This document shows, piece after piece, positions 28,416 through 37,678 of a stretch of DNA of 64,000 bases. The notes under the pieces were generated by a model. It was not told where the DNA came from. It searched no databases and saw nothing but the letters and a program-made list of their open reading frames with translations. Every line of letters starts with the position of its first letter. Position 1 is the stretch's first letter. This stretch comes from Candidatus Heimdallarchaeum aukensis (GTDB lineage Archaea > Asgardarchaeota > Heimdallarchaeia > Heimdallarchaeales > Heimdallarchaeaceae): positions 224,001-288,000 of the forward strand of contig CP084166.1 in assembly GCA_021513695.1 (NCBI GenBank), read 5' to 3'. The position numbers were made by a program, and so were the translations under genes.

Positions 28416-29279
28416 ATGATTTTTCTGATCTCTCTTAAAAAAATTCAAAAAAAAAATAAATATCAAGAAGAAGAAAAAAGAACCATGAGCGAAGAAAAAT
28501 CAAAAGTTAAGTCATTCTTTAATCCAATTTCTTTTGTAGTTATTTTGCTAATTTGGAATTGGTTAGGTGGTTATCTACTTGATCTTTTTTCAGTTCCGTC
28601 TCAATGGATAGGGACTTATTATCTAGCAGGAACACTTATTTGGAGTTTAGTTTTTGCTAGAGTAGTCAATAAGAAACTAGAAAATATTGGTGTTACAGTT
28701 AAAGTCAAATTTGATTTAAAGTCTTTATTACTAATTATTTTAGCTGCTTTAATAGGTTCAGTATATTTGCTTTTGTCTGCGATCTACAAGTATTCTTTAC
28801 CTTTGGTTGAAATAAACACAGAAATCATAGTCACACTTATTGTTTTACCTATCTCAATTCTAATACAAGCTTTTTTTGAAGAGATAGCTTGGGCAGGATG
28901 GCTTTATTCAAACTTGAAAATGAGAGAAGAAGTAAAGAACTTGATTATAGGTTTGGTATGGGCTGTCTGGCATGTTCCTTTCTATCTATGGGGAATCAAA
29001 TATTTCACATATACACCCTTGTTATACTCTCTTAATGTCATAGGGATAATCTTATCACGTTTTGTTATTAACTGGTTCAGAAAAGAAATGGACAATGTAT
29101 GGTGGCCAACTTTCTATCATGGAGGAATAAATTTAGGTGGATTTATAATCATAGTATTGTATCCTGGTATCGAAAAAATAGCTGAAGTTATAGTATATTC
29201 AGGGTTAATACGAACAGTTATAATCTTGATTTTACAGATTGTAATAACTTTTATTGGAAAGAAAAGAGAAAAAGTTTAA
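28416..29279 (+). CDS. CPBP family intramembrane protease (second copy)
   Basis: FFEEIAWAGW, VWAVWHVPF and FYHGGINL. The protein is polytopic. The ATG at 28485 is an alternative start. Confidence 0.7.
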   Translation: MIFLISLKKIQKKNKYQEEEKRTMSEEKSKVKSFFNPISFVVILLIWNWLGGYLLDLFSVPSQWIGTYYLAGTLIWSLVFARVVNKKLENIGVTVKVKFDLKSLLLIILAALIGSVYLLLSAIYKYSLPLVEINTEIIVTLIVLPISILIQAFFEEIAWAGWLYSNLKMREEVKNLIIGLVWAVWHVPFYLWGIKYFTYTPLLYSLNVIGIILSRFVINWFRKEMDNVWWPTFYHGGINLGGFIIIVLYPGIEKIAEVIVYSGLIRTVIILILQIVITFIGKKREKV

Positions 29280-29291
29280 TTTTTCTCCTTT

Positions 29292-32099
29292 TCAATCCAA
29301 TTTTAGCATTTTTATTTCTATTGGATCAAAGCCAACTTTTAATTTGTTTTCTACTTTTTCTAATTCCTTTACAACTGTTCCATCAATCATAATTTGATTT
29401 ACTTTAGAAACAGTAGCAGGTACTTGAATCGTAGTTTCTTGTTTCTTTTCAGATAGATTGTATAATGTAACTAAAATTGCTCCATCTTTCTTTCTTAATG
29501 AAGATATTCTGATAAAAGGGTTAGAATTGGTTATTATTGGTTCAATCTTTTTATTTTCACTGTTATTACTTACAACAATAGAAATAGGTTGTAAACAAGC
29601 ATTTTCAGAAAGATTATCTGAATAAACAATGTTCTTATTTTTGGAGTGAGCTACAATTGAATACTCAAACTCGAAAGACTTGTTTTCTTCTTGTGCTCCT
29701 GGAGTGTATAAAAAGGGGCCAGCATGCATAGGTCTTTCTGGAAAATCAGAACGAGATAACCAACCTACAGATCTGAGGAGTGTAAGACATAATTTTGAAC
29801 CTTCTACAAGCTCAACTTCAGGTAAACCTTTGTTTATTAAAGTAAAAGCTTCTTCACCTTTCTCATTTCCTACTCTGATCCACCTTTTCTGTGCTTGTAT
29901 TCCAGAAGGTTTTTCTACATAATTTTCTGCTTCTTTCGGATAAGAATTTCTTTCAATATAACCAAAATGAGTAGAAGTGTAAGTTTTTTTACTTGAGAAA
30001 GGTAATGAGAAAGTAATTCTTAAACGATGGTCTTTTGCAGTATTGAATATTTTTGTTTTTATATCAATTCGTGGAGAATCTCTGAAAAAAGTAAAATGAG
30101 TAACTACATCAATTTTTGTTTTTCCTATTCTCTTTTCTCTTTTCTCATCTAATTGCCTAAATGTTTTAAAAGTGGCTTTTTCTTCGACTACTGTGAAAAC
30201 TTCACCTTTTGTTATAATTCTTCTTTTAGTTTTTGACAATTTAGTCTTTACAGGACCTACAAAACTGTAAGTGTATTCATCTCCTCTATCTCCAGTGTCT
30301 TCAAATTGATGAAGTAGAGAATATTCAGTTTTTGTTTTCTTATCATAAAGAGAAAAGGAACCATTTCTCTTAAATTTGACAATATAATAATTGTTAGAAA
30401 TAGTATTCTTTGTTACATTAAATTCTTTTTGAGTTATTGTGTTATCATTTGCTTTTATTGATGAATTAACAGTAAAGCGAGTAAAAGACCAAGGTTTAAG
30501 AGGAGCAAATGAAGCGTATTTTTGCTTAACTCCTCTAGTAGCAACAACATGAAAAAGCTTAAACTTACCACTATTGATCATCTCTTTCAATTCTTTCTTC
30601 ATTTTATCGATATTTAGTTCACCAATAGGTTTCTTTCCACATATAATTTTAATCTCACAAATAGAGTTTTCCTCATCTTTGTTAATAATTACCTCATTGA
30701 TGTAATCATCAATTATTTTTCTACCAGGAAGAAGTTTTAATCCTGATTTTAACATCAATGGTTTCATCTTTTCGTCTAAAATTTTTTCTTGCGAACTATA
30801 AAGTGGTTGAATAGTGTATCTTTGACCGTCTTCACTTATTATCGTCTTTATAGGGAAGTCTAATGGAAAATCAAATTCAAAATAAGTAGGTTCACTACTA
30901 TTTGTCGGGTTGAAAATCATAATCTCTTTAGGCTTTTCAGATTCGTCTAAAGACATTTTAGCTAAAATATTTTCTAAAATGATGTTAGCAATACTTTCAG
31001 ACCAATAAAACCTTGATTTCATTTCTTCATGAGTTTGATCAATTGAACACCCACAAATCGAGTCATGAGGGTGGTTTTTTAGTAACCATTTCCAAGCTAA
31101 ATCTAAATAGGTTTTAGGATATTCAAACGTATAATAATAAGATAAATAAGTTGAAAGTGGTTCTGCATAATGTACAAGGAGATCCTCTATTTTTTGGTTC
31201 CACTGTTTAATCCAAACCCTACTGGAATATGTGTCTTGCAAAAGAGGAGCTCTTTCTGAAGAACGAAATTCTCCTGCATAATGAGCAGGTCCATAATTTT
31301 CCTTTTTCATTTTTTCATTCAATTTTTCTATGAATTCACTAAGAGAACCTAATTTTACTTCAAGATTTTCATATTTTATTTCTTTTAACATTCTGGGGAT
31401 TTTTTCCTTTGGAAATTGGTGGTCCGTTCCATTCATAAGTAAATATAAAGGAAAAGGAGAAAAACTTTCTAGATCTTTTACACAAGTTTCTATTTGAGAT
31501 TTAAGTTCTTCTTTATTTTCGTCTGTTAAATGAGCTGCATTTCCATATCCATAAGGCATGTAAATTCCTAAAATTGATTTAGTAGAGTTTTCATTTCCTT
31601 TCCAAATGAAGGGTACTGTATTTATTTCCTCTCCTACTCCTCTCCAGATAATAGAACCAGAAAAATCAGTTAAATCTGAAACTAATTGAGGAATAGCTCT
31701 TGTATGACCAAACTGGTCAGGAAGATAAGCGAGTTTCATTAATGGAATGTTGTATTTTTTTGAAAGATTATAACTAACTTCAAGATTTCTTATCAAACTT
31801 TCTTGTCCAACTAACCATTCGTCTGGAAGAACATACCAGGGTCCTACTTCAATTTTTCCTTTTTTAATCAAATCCAGTAATTCTTCTTTATTTTCTTTTC
31901 TAATCTCAAAATAATCTTCCAAAACTATAGTTTGTCCATCTAGCATAAAGTAATAATCTTGTTTTCTATTTATCTCAATTAGCTTGTCGATTAATTTTAC
32001 TAAGTTAGCTCTAAAATATTGAAAAGGTTTATACCATTCTCTATCCCAATGTGTATGAGGAACAATAATTACTTCTTTCTGTTTATCCTTGATGTCCAT
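29292..32099 (-). CDS. GH38 alpha-mannosidase
   Basis: N-terminal VIIVPHTHWDREWY, YLPDQFGH and the 935-aa size are typical of GH38. Confidence 0.9.
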   Translation of the reverse strand: MDIKDKQKEVIIVPHTHWDREWYKPFQYFRANLVKLIDKLIEINRKQDYYFMLDGQTIVLEDYFEIRKENKEELLDLIKKGKIEVGPWYVLPDEWLVGQESLIRNLEVSYNLSKKYNIPLMKLAYLPDQFGHTRAIPQLVSDLTDFSGSIIWRGVGEEINTVPFIWKGNENSTKSILGIYMPYGYGNAAHLTDENKEELKSQIETCVKDLESFSPFPLYLLMNGTDHQFPKEKIPRMLKEIKYENLEVKLGSLSEFIEKLNEKMKKENYGPAHYAGEFRSSERAPLLQDTYSSRVWIKQWNQKIEDLLVHYAEPLSTYLSYYYTFEYPKTYLDLAWKWLLKNHPHDSICGCSIDQTHEEMKSRFYWSESIANIILENILAKMSLDESEKPKEIMIFNPTNSSEPTYFEFDFPLDFPIKTIISEDGQRYTIQPLYSSQEKILDEKMKPLMLKSGLKLLPGRKIIDDYINEVIINKDEENSICEIKIICGKKPIGELNIDKMKKELKEMINSGKFKLFHVVATRGVKQKYASFAPLKPWSFTRFTVNSSIKANDNTITQKEFNVTKNTISNNYYIVKFKRNGSFSLYDKKTKTEYSLLHQFEDTGDRGDEYTYSFVGPVKTKLSKTKRRIITKGEVFTVVEEKATFKTFRQLDEKREKRIGKTKIDVVTHFTFFRDSPRIDIKTKIFNTAKDHRLRITFSLPFSSKKTYTSTHFGYIERNSYPKEAENYVEKPSGIQAQKRWIRVGNEKGEEAFTLINKGLPEVELVEGSKLCLTLLRSVGWLSRSDFPERPMHAGPFLYTPGAQEENKSFEFEYSIVAHSKNKNIVYSDNLSENACLQPISIVVSNNSENKKIEPIITNSNPFIRISSLRKKDGAILVTLYNLSEKKQETTIQVPATVSKVNQIMIDGTVVKELEKVENKLKVGFDPIEIKMLKLD

Positions 32100-32180
32100 A
32101 CTGATCTTTTCGAAGCTAAATAAATAAAAGTTATTCTCAAGAAAGGAGATATCTGAATATAAAAGAAAAAATATGTTTAT

Positions 32181-33065
32181 CTATTTTGTAGCAATGACAA
32201 AGTAAAATTCTTTAAAATCTTTAATTTTAACGTTTTCTTTTTCAAATACTTTGAAGAACAACTCTTCTAATTCTTCTTTTTTAAACTTCCTTAATTTTCT
32301 CTCTTTTATTGTTTTAGCAAAGTAAAAACTAAATCCCTTTGTTTCAGTTTCTATTGCGTCTACTATATAACTTTCGAAAAACTTGAATTCAAAAAATCCT
32401 GCTCTTCCTCCCTTTTTTAAGATTCTCTTTGTTTCATGAAGAAATTCTATAGAATCTTCATCATTAAGTAACCCTAAATTTAAAGTTGAAAGAAACCTGT
32501 CTAAAAGATTATCTTTTAGAGGTATTTCATCATATTTTGCCCTTATGTTTTGATAACTATCTATTGCTGTTTCATGTGCTTCTGGCATCAGGATATTATA
32601 ACGACTGAATTTCTCTTTTGGTCCAGCGTTAACACACTTTGTACATAGAGTTGGAATTAAAAATTGCTGATTACCAGAAGATATAGTACCAAAAGTTAAA
32701 TCTTTAGAACATTTCATTTGTTTTTTACAGTCATTATTTAGTTCAATTGCCATTTTCTTGCTTACTCCTTCTATCAAGGCACCTAAAGACCAATTCAGCA
32801 TAAATCCAATCTGTTTTTTTCCATACTCTGTTATAGACAAATATGATCGATACCCTTGCCCTTTTATTTGCTCATCCTTAATTAGTTTCTCTTGTTTTAA
32901 TCTTTCAAAAATAGCATAAAAAGAACTATCTGGTTTGTTTCCTAAAGAAGGGTATTTAGTTCTGATTATGTGAATAATCTCACTTTTGTATAAGGGCACG
33001 TTTGAATTTTTTAGGATAGTTAATATTTCTAGGCCTAACCAATTAATAGCGAATAAGGCATCCAT
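32181..33065 (-). CDS. PadR-like winged-helix protein with extra C-terminal domain
   Basis: LTILKNSNVPLYKSEIIHIIRTKY..FYAIFERLKQEKLI. Central cysteines CKKQMKC and CTKC. C-terminal LKKGGRAGFFEF (methyltransferase-like remnant). Confidence 0.5.
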   Translation of the reverse strand: MDALFAINWLGLEILTILKNSNVPLYKSEIIHIIRTKYPSLGNKPDSSFYAIFERLKQEKLIKDEQIKGQGYRSYLSITEYGKKQIGFMLNWSLGALIEGVSKKMAIELNNDCKKQMKCSKDLTFGTISSGNQQFLIPTLCTKCVNAGPKEKFSRYNILMPEAHETAIDSYQNIRAKYDEIPLKDNLLDRFLSTLNLGLLNDEDSIEFLHETKRILKKGGRAGFFEFKFFESYIVDAIETETKGFSFYFAKTIKERKLRKFKKEELEELFFKVFEKENVKIKDFKEFYFVIATK

Positions 33066-33237
33066 ATCTGTTGATTAAAAATGCAATTATTAAAAATTTT
33101 TCTTTTAAAAAAGTGTTTGTTCTCTTAATTTATAGTTTTTGATTATTATATAACTATCTTTAATAAACTTGAATTTATTCAGCGAATAAAAATTGACTCG
33201 GACAAATTGTTTAAATATTAATAAATATAAATGAATC

Positions 33238-33519
33238 TTGATAAGAATGGATTTAGTAGTTAAGGATCCTGAAAAAATAGTAGAAATCGCAAAAGTACTC
33301 TCAAGTACAACAAGATTCAAAATAATTCACTTATTGAAAGACAAAGAAATGACAATTAGTGATCTCGCAGATGAAATTCGTCAAACACAAGCAAATACAT
33401 CAGCTCAAATAAAAATGATAGAAAATGTAGGGTTGATGGAAAATAAGTATGAGCCTGGAGATCATGGAGTGAAAAAACTTTGTAAAACAAAGGTCAAAAG
33501 AATAATAATTGAGATATAG
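33238..33519 (+). CDS. ArsR/SmtB-type winged-helix regulator
   Basis: RFKIIHLLKDKEMTISDLADEIRQTQANTSAQIKMIENVGLM. The ATG at 33247 is more plausible than the TTG at 33238. Confidence 0.7.
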   Translation: MIRMDLVVKDPEKIVEIAKVLSSTTRFKIIHLLKDKEMTISDLADEIRQTQANTSAQIKMIENVGLMENKYEPGDHGVKKLCKTKVKRIIIEI

Positions 33520-33552
33520 ATATCATAAGTAGAAATATTGGAAATTTCTTAA

Positions 33553-33747
33553 TTATTTCTTTTCTAAATATATTACTTTTTCAAACATATTTGTAAGTGG
33601 TAATAAAACAAAAAGATTACTCTCTTCAGGTAAATTGTCGATAGAAGTGTAGAGTATAAAAGGCGAGTCTTCAGATTCTCTAATCATAATCTTAAAGAAA
33701 GGATTCAGAGAAACAATTTTTTTAATGTCTTCAATAGATATGGTCAT
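33553..33747 (-). CDS. hypothetical small protein
   Basis: 64-aa ORF with no recognisable motif. Confidence 0.3.
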   Translation of the reverse strand: MTISIEDIKKIVSLNPFFKIMIRESEDSPFILYTSIDNLPEESNLFVLLPLTNMFEKVIYLEKK

Positions 33748-33759
33748 GATTTACTTTTT

Positions 33760-34050
33760 TACGTAAAGTTTTTCACACTCTGTCTTGCAAGAGAGAAAAC
33801 TAAAGGAAGTTTAATCTCTTGAACTCAACCAAGCCATACAATGCCATGAAGGGGTTGAGACAGACATCATACACGAATCGTGGGAATCATAAAGAAGAAA
33901 AGAACTAAAAACTCTTTTCTTCACTCCACGAGAGACAAAAAAGAAAGAATTACTCCTATAATAGAGAAGGAGTTAAGTTCTTTTTTGTCTACTGGGGCTG
34001 CAACCAATGGCTGAGCCCTCGGCAAACAGTGAAATGGGAAGAACTGAACC
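33760..34050 (-). ncRNA. candidate omega (re)RNA of the TnpB element
   Basis: It sits where omega RNAs are expected, overlapping the tnpB 3' end and the ~240-nt ORF-free tail. A perfect 10-bp hairpin spans 33894-33922 (gaagaaaaga/tcttttcttc). A 7-bp hairpin spans 33824-33859 (ctcaacc/ggttgag). The palindromes tcttgcaaga and tttacgtaaa lie near the distal end. Confidence 0.4.
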
Positions 34051-35443
34051 TTTGACCAGTGAGGTAATCAGTGATAGTTGTTCCTCGAGGACGAAAAAGA
34101 GCACCAAGGAACTTACGAGCGATATTCATTGCTCCTGTGAGGTCAGAGTGGAAAGTGTAATTGCAAGAGGGGCAATGGACTAAACCTCTAACAGGACGGA
34201 CAACTTTCCTTCCACAACGAGTACAGTGAGAGGATGTCCCTCTTTCCTCTACGGTTAATATTCGATGAGGGTCAAAACCTCTTAATATCAATGCTCGACG
34301 GAGAAGAGTAAGAACTAGAGAAAAGTTCCACTGATGAAGTTTCCTGCGAAACTTACGCGCACTGTTCCCTTTTCCTTTATCTTTTCTCACATTTTTGGGG
34401 TAACCTACGACGACGAAAAGGTCATACCTTCGAGCATAGGTCTCTATCGTCTGCACAACCTCACTTATAAATTGGTGAATATAGGACAGTTTAACGTTTC
34501 TATATCTTCTTCGGAGAAGACTAAGAAAACGATAAACTTGGTGTTTTTTACCCGACTGGTCGTTTAAAGCTGCTTTCCTCTGAAGACGGGAAAGTTTGAG
34601 TTTATATCTATGATTGATTTTATTCCATTGTTTGGTATACCAGAATTTTATTTCTTCACTTGTTAATTTCTTTTTAGGGGTTAGTAACACTCCTGCAGCA
34701 GGAATGTTTATCCCTAGATCTATTCCCAGCACAGCTGGAGGAAGAGAAGAAGAACTTTTTTTTTTAGGAGGATAAAAAGAAGGAGGAGGAAGAACTCTTA
34801 GTTGGAAATACACCCACCACTCATGTGTAGAACGTTTATATCTTAGTTCTAAACTTTTTATTCGTCCTTTCTTTAATTCCTTCTGGTGGAAAGTGCTCAT
34901 CTCTAAAGGCAACCATAACTTCTGATGATATGGGGTATTTCTTTTCCACGTATCTAACGAGTCTCTTATCCCCACCCACCAACGAGCGAGAGTGTTATTC
35001 TTCTCTTTAGGTAAATGGACGAGAACGAACCTCTTTGCATTAATTAGTTGTCTTCTTGCTCTCTTTATTGGAGGACGAGTATTATTAGGTCTATACCCTT
35101 GTTCATATAATTGTACGGCTATATCTCTACACTCTTGAAATTCATTGTGGGAACAATAAGGGAACATTTTCTTCAGATCGTGAGGGACATTCTTTCTTCT
35201 CTCTTCTTCTTTAACTTTTGAAGTAGTTAGCGTCAACTCATCTAGTTTTCCTCTATGCACTCTTATTTTCCCTTTTTTAGTTTTAGTACATATTTTTCTT
35301 CTGTTGTGGTGTATAATTCTCACATACTTTTCTATTATCCTCGTATCTCTTCCCGTTATTCTCCTTAACCTTTCCTTCTTCCTCGTCGTCAATACCTCCT
35401 TCTTTATTCTCACTTTCAAGGTTTTGACGACGTCCTTCACCAT
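33989..35443 (-). CDS. tnpB: TnpB-like RNA-guided nuclease (IS605 OrfB family)
   Basis: RuvC-I LGIDLGINIPAAG, zinc finger CTRCGRKV..CPSCNYTFH and RuvC-III HSDLTGAMNIARKF. 484 aa with a K/R-rich N-terminus. The RuvC-II position reads VVVGYPKNV rather than the expected xxxEDL. Confidence 0.85.
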   Translation of the reverse strand: MVKDVVKTLKVRIKKEVLTTRKKERLRRITGRDTRIIEKYVRIIHHNRRKICTKTKKGKIRVHRGKLDELTLTTSKVKEEERRKNVPHDLKKMFPYCSHNEFQECRDIAVQLYEQGYRPNNTRPPIKRARRQLINAKRFVLVHLPKEKNNTLARWWVGIRDSLDTWKRNTPYHQKLWLPLEMSTFHQKELKKGRIKSLELRYKRSTHEWWVYFQLRVLPPPSFYPPKKKSSSSLPPAVLGIDLGINIPAAGVLLTPKKKLTSEEIKFWYTKQWNKINHRYKLKLSRLQRKAALNDQSGKKHQVYRFLSLLRRRYRNVKLSYIHQFISEVVQTIETYARRYDLFVVVGYPKNVRKDKGKGNSARKFRRKLHQWNFSLVLTLLRRALILRGFDPHRILTVEERGTSSHCTRCGRKVVRPVRGLVHCPSCNYTFHSDLTGAMNIARKFLGALFRPRGTTITDYLTGQRFSSSHFTVCRGLSHWLQPQ

Positions 35444-35569
35444 CTTTCTCTTTTCTCCTTCTTTCCTCTTTTTTTTGTTTCTTCTTCTCTTTTTTATTCT
35501 ACTTTTTTCCCTATAAAAACCCCTCTCCTTCCTCTCCTCTCCTTTCTTTTTTCTCTCTACATTTTCCTC
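35444..35569 (+). repeat. 126-bp polypyrimidine (+) / polypurine (-) tract immediately upstream of tnpB
   Basis: By my count 115 of 126 positions on the + strand are C or T. The tract contains ccctataaaaa (a TATA-like element on the minus strand). Confidence 0.8.
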
Positions 35570-35581
35570 AATAATTGTAAA

Positions 35582-36082
35582 TTACGTAAAAAATAGACGC
35601 ATGCTAGAAGTTAATTTCTTTAGAGATTCAAGAGGTATAGCTGAAAGATTATTTAGAATTGTAAACTCTAAATTCATTTTTGTTAATATTTGACTAAAAG
35701 CAGTTATCCTCTTCCTAGCATTAGACAGATGATCTCGTATGGTTGAAGGGCTATTTTGAGTAAACTTTGCTATTTCTTCTGATTTGAAATCTAAAATATC
35801 GTGAAGATAAAAACAAAGAAATTGTTTGTCAGATAAAACGGAAGAAACAGGATTAATATCAGAAAAATAACCAAGGTTTACTAATTTAGAAACAGTTTCT
35901 AAAAAATCTAATTCTTGAACTTCTTCTTTAATACTATCTTTCCTTTTAAAAGAAAAAAGAATAACTAAGGAAGCTCTTCTAATTTCCATGTTAATGAAGA
36001 GTTTTAAATGTTTAATACTTTCAGGAATTTTGGGTAAAAATTCTTTATGATCTTCATTTTTTACTAGAATCGAAAATTTCAT
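35582..36082 (-). CDS. sigma-70 region-4-like HTH protein
   Basis: LSDKQFLCFYLHDILDFKSEEIAKFTQNSPSTIRDHLSNARKRI fits the r4/LuxR-type HTH pattern. 166 aa. Confidence 0.45.
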   Translation of the reverse strand: MKFSILVKNEDHKEFLPKIPESIKHLKLFINMEIRRASLVILFSFKRKDSIKEEVQELDFLETVSKLVNLGYFSDINPVSSVLSDKQFLCFYLHDILDFKSEEIAKFTQNSPSTIRDHLSNARKRITAFSQILTKMNLEFTILNNLSAIPLESLKKLTSSMRLFFT

Positions 36083-36137
36083 TCAATAAATCAATCTCAC
36101 TAATTATTTATAAATGAAGAAAAAAAGATTTCTCATA

Positions 36138-36145
36138 TTTATAAA
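36138..36145 (+). promoter_or_regulatory. archaeal TATA box TTTATAAA
   Basis: It ends 24 nt upstream of the ATG at 36169, implying a leaderless or very short 5' UTR. Confidence 0.4.
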
Positions 36146-36168
36146 GAAATTCAATTATAAATCATTGA

Positions 36169-36801
36169 ATGAGAAAATTTCATGATTCAGAGAAAGAACA
36201 TCTATTTGAGCTAATAAGAATTATTCAAACAAGTTTAGATAGTATTCTTCAAAACAAAGATATCTATGAAAGTTCATATGTAGAAGAATTAGAAAAAAGA
36301 AATATTGCATTCATATCGTTATTAATCTATATCCAGAAAACGATTAGTGAAGTAATTTTGTGGGATTCTGAATTTGGAAAGGATTTATTTTTAGTCAATA
36401 AAGAAACTGATATTTCAAGAATTAGTAAATTAGACATTATAAAGGAAACAAATCTTATTGCTCAATCCATTACCCGACTAATTAAGCATTTAATTCAAAT
36501 TTTTTTGGATAGTAGAATGAAATATAAAATGGATATTTCTCAAGCAAATGAAACTCATCTTTTTCCTTTCCCCTTTTATTTTGAAAATGAAATGCAAATA
36601 CAGAGTTTAGCAGAAGCAGTTATAAAGATCGATAATCAATTAAGTAGATTATTTGACGAAGGATTTGTTACAAAATCTAGAAAAAGGAATATTAATTTAG
36701 ATTTGACAAATTCAATTTCTTTTGCAGATAAAGAAAATTTTAAACCTCACGAAAGACCTAATTTAGAAGATGTTCTTGATGAAATACTAATAGAAGGATA
36801 G
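36169..36801 (+). CDS. hypothetical helical protein
   Basis: 210-aa ORF preceded by a TATA box. No recognisable motif. Confidence 0.5.
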   Translation: MRKFHDSEKEHLFELIRIIQTSLDSILQNKDIYESSYVEELEKRNIAFISLLIYIQKTISEVILWDSEFGKDLFLVNKETDISRISKLDIIKETNLIAQSITRLIKHLIQIFLDSRMKYKMDISQANETHLFPFPFYFENEMQIQSLAEAVIKIDNQLSRLFDEGFVTKSRKRNINLDLTNSISFADKENFKPHERPNLEDVLDEILIEG

Positions 36802-36830
36802 CTATAGTCATTTTTTCTATTTCTTCTTTC

Positions 36831-36838
36831 TTTATAAA
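36831..36838 (+). promoter_or_regulatory. archaeal TATA box TTTATAAA
   Basis: It ends 29 nt upstream of the ATG at 36867. This favours ATG 36867 over the track's TTG at 36858 as the start. Confidence 0.4.
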
Positions 36839-36857
36839 GTAATATTAAGATAAGATT

Positions 36858-37595
36858 TTGAGTAAAATGATATTAAGTCAAGTTGAAAACATCTTACAAT
36901 ATGAGCAACCAGATGAAATTTCTCCTGCTTTACCAAGAAATCATTATATTTTTATTGAAAAACTTATCAAATTCCTATCAAATTCAATCAACTATCCTTC
37001 ATTGTGTGAAACAAGAAGAGTTTTTTTCTCAAATCTTCTAGTAATTACTGCATTAAATAACGAAAGTAAGTATTTAACAAAGAATTTTCTTACCTCTGCT
37101 TTTTTAGCTTTATTACGTAATGTTTCAGGGCATATAGACGCTAAATCTCTCCAAGATTTGATAAACCAAATTTCAGGTACATTTATAGGAGTATCAAAAG
37201 GAAAGGCTTTTTCGTTATCAAGCGTAAATAAAATAACAAATGAATTAATAAATCTAGGTATAATCAAAAAGTCAACTGTAGATTTTTTTACTTATGTTGA
37301 AAAAGAGGCATTAAAGTTGGCAAAAAAAACTTGTTCTCATTTTGAAGAAATTAGAAATATGTCAAAAAGTGTTTCGATAAAGATCTCAAGTTTAGTAAAG
37401 AAAAGAATTGTTCCAAGGATGAAAGTTAAACAATCATCAACAGTCTTAGTTCTATCTATCTTATTTAATTATTTACCAAGAAAAGGATATTATAGAGATA
37501 ATGTGTTCAAATTTGTTAGTGAAAAACAAAAAGTGGATTTTCAATTATTAAAGAAAAGAGTGTATAGATTTAGATCAAAATTTAATATTTCGTAG
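36858..37595 (+). CDS. TFB/TFIIB-core-like (double cyclin-fold) protein without Zn ribbon, tentative
   Basis: It is a paralog of 44359..45690. Paired blocks are KNFLTSAFLALLRN / NYFTSNLVAMYFLALLDH, FSLSSVNKITNELINLGIIKK / FSFYNIKKIQNDLYSRGILKRK, and KKRVYRFRSKF / KSVYRFRSRL (compare TFB IRNRYKEL). Confidence 0.35.
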   Translation: MSKMILSQVENILQYEQPDEISPALPRNHYIFIEKLIKFLSNSINYPSLCETRRVFFSNLLVITALNNESKYLTKNFLTSAFLALLRNVSGHIDAKSLQDLINQISGTFIGVSKGKAFSLSSVNKITNELINLGIIKKSTVDFFTYVEKEALKLAKKTCSHFEEIRNMSKSVSIKISSLVKKRIVPRMKVKQSSTVLVLSILFNYLPRKGYYRDNVFKFVSEKQKVDFQLLKKRVYRFRSKFNIS

Positions 37596-37678
37596 CTTTT
37601 TAGTAACTCAAGTTTGCTTTCTTTTCTTCTCTAAGATTAAATACTCAAAACTCTATTATTTATTAACTCTGAAAAAGA

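Larger units (their letters stand above)
33748..35581 (-). mobile_element. tnpB-only IS200/IS605-family (IS1341-like) element, maximal bounds
   Basis: GC is higher than the flanks and tnpB is the only ORF. The element is bounded by the start of 33553..33747 and the stop of 35582..36082. No tnpA is present, and the exact ends were not determined. Confidence 0.6.

Noticed and set aside
35304-35516. 70-aa + strand ORF (MWCIILTYFSIIL..FLLFFILLFSL)
   Set aside because: It is a translation artefact of the polypyrimidine tract and the antisense of the tnpB 5' end. It is low-complexity F/L/S only.
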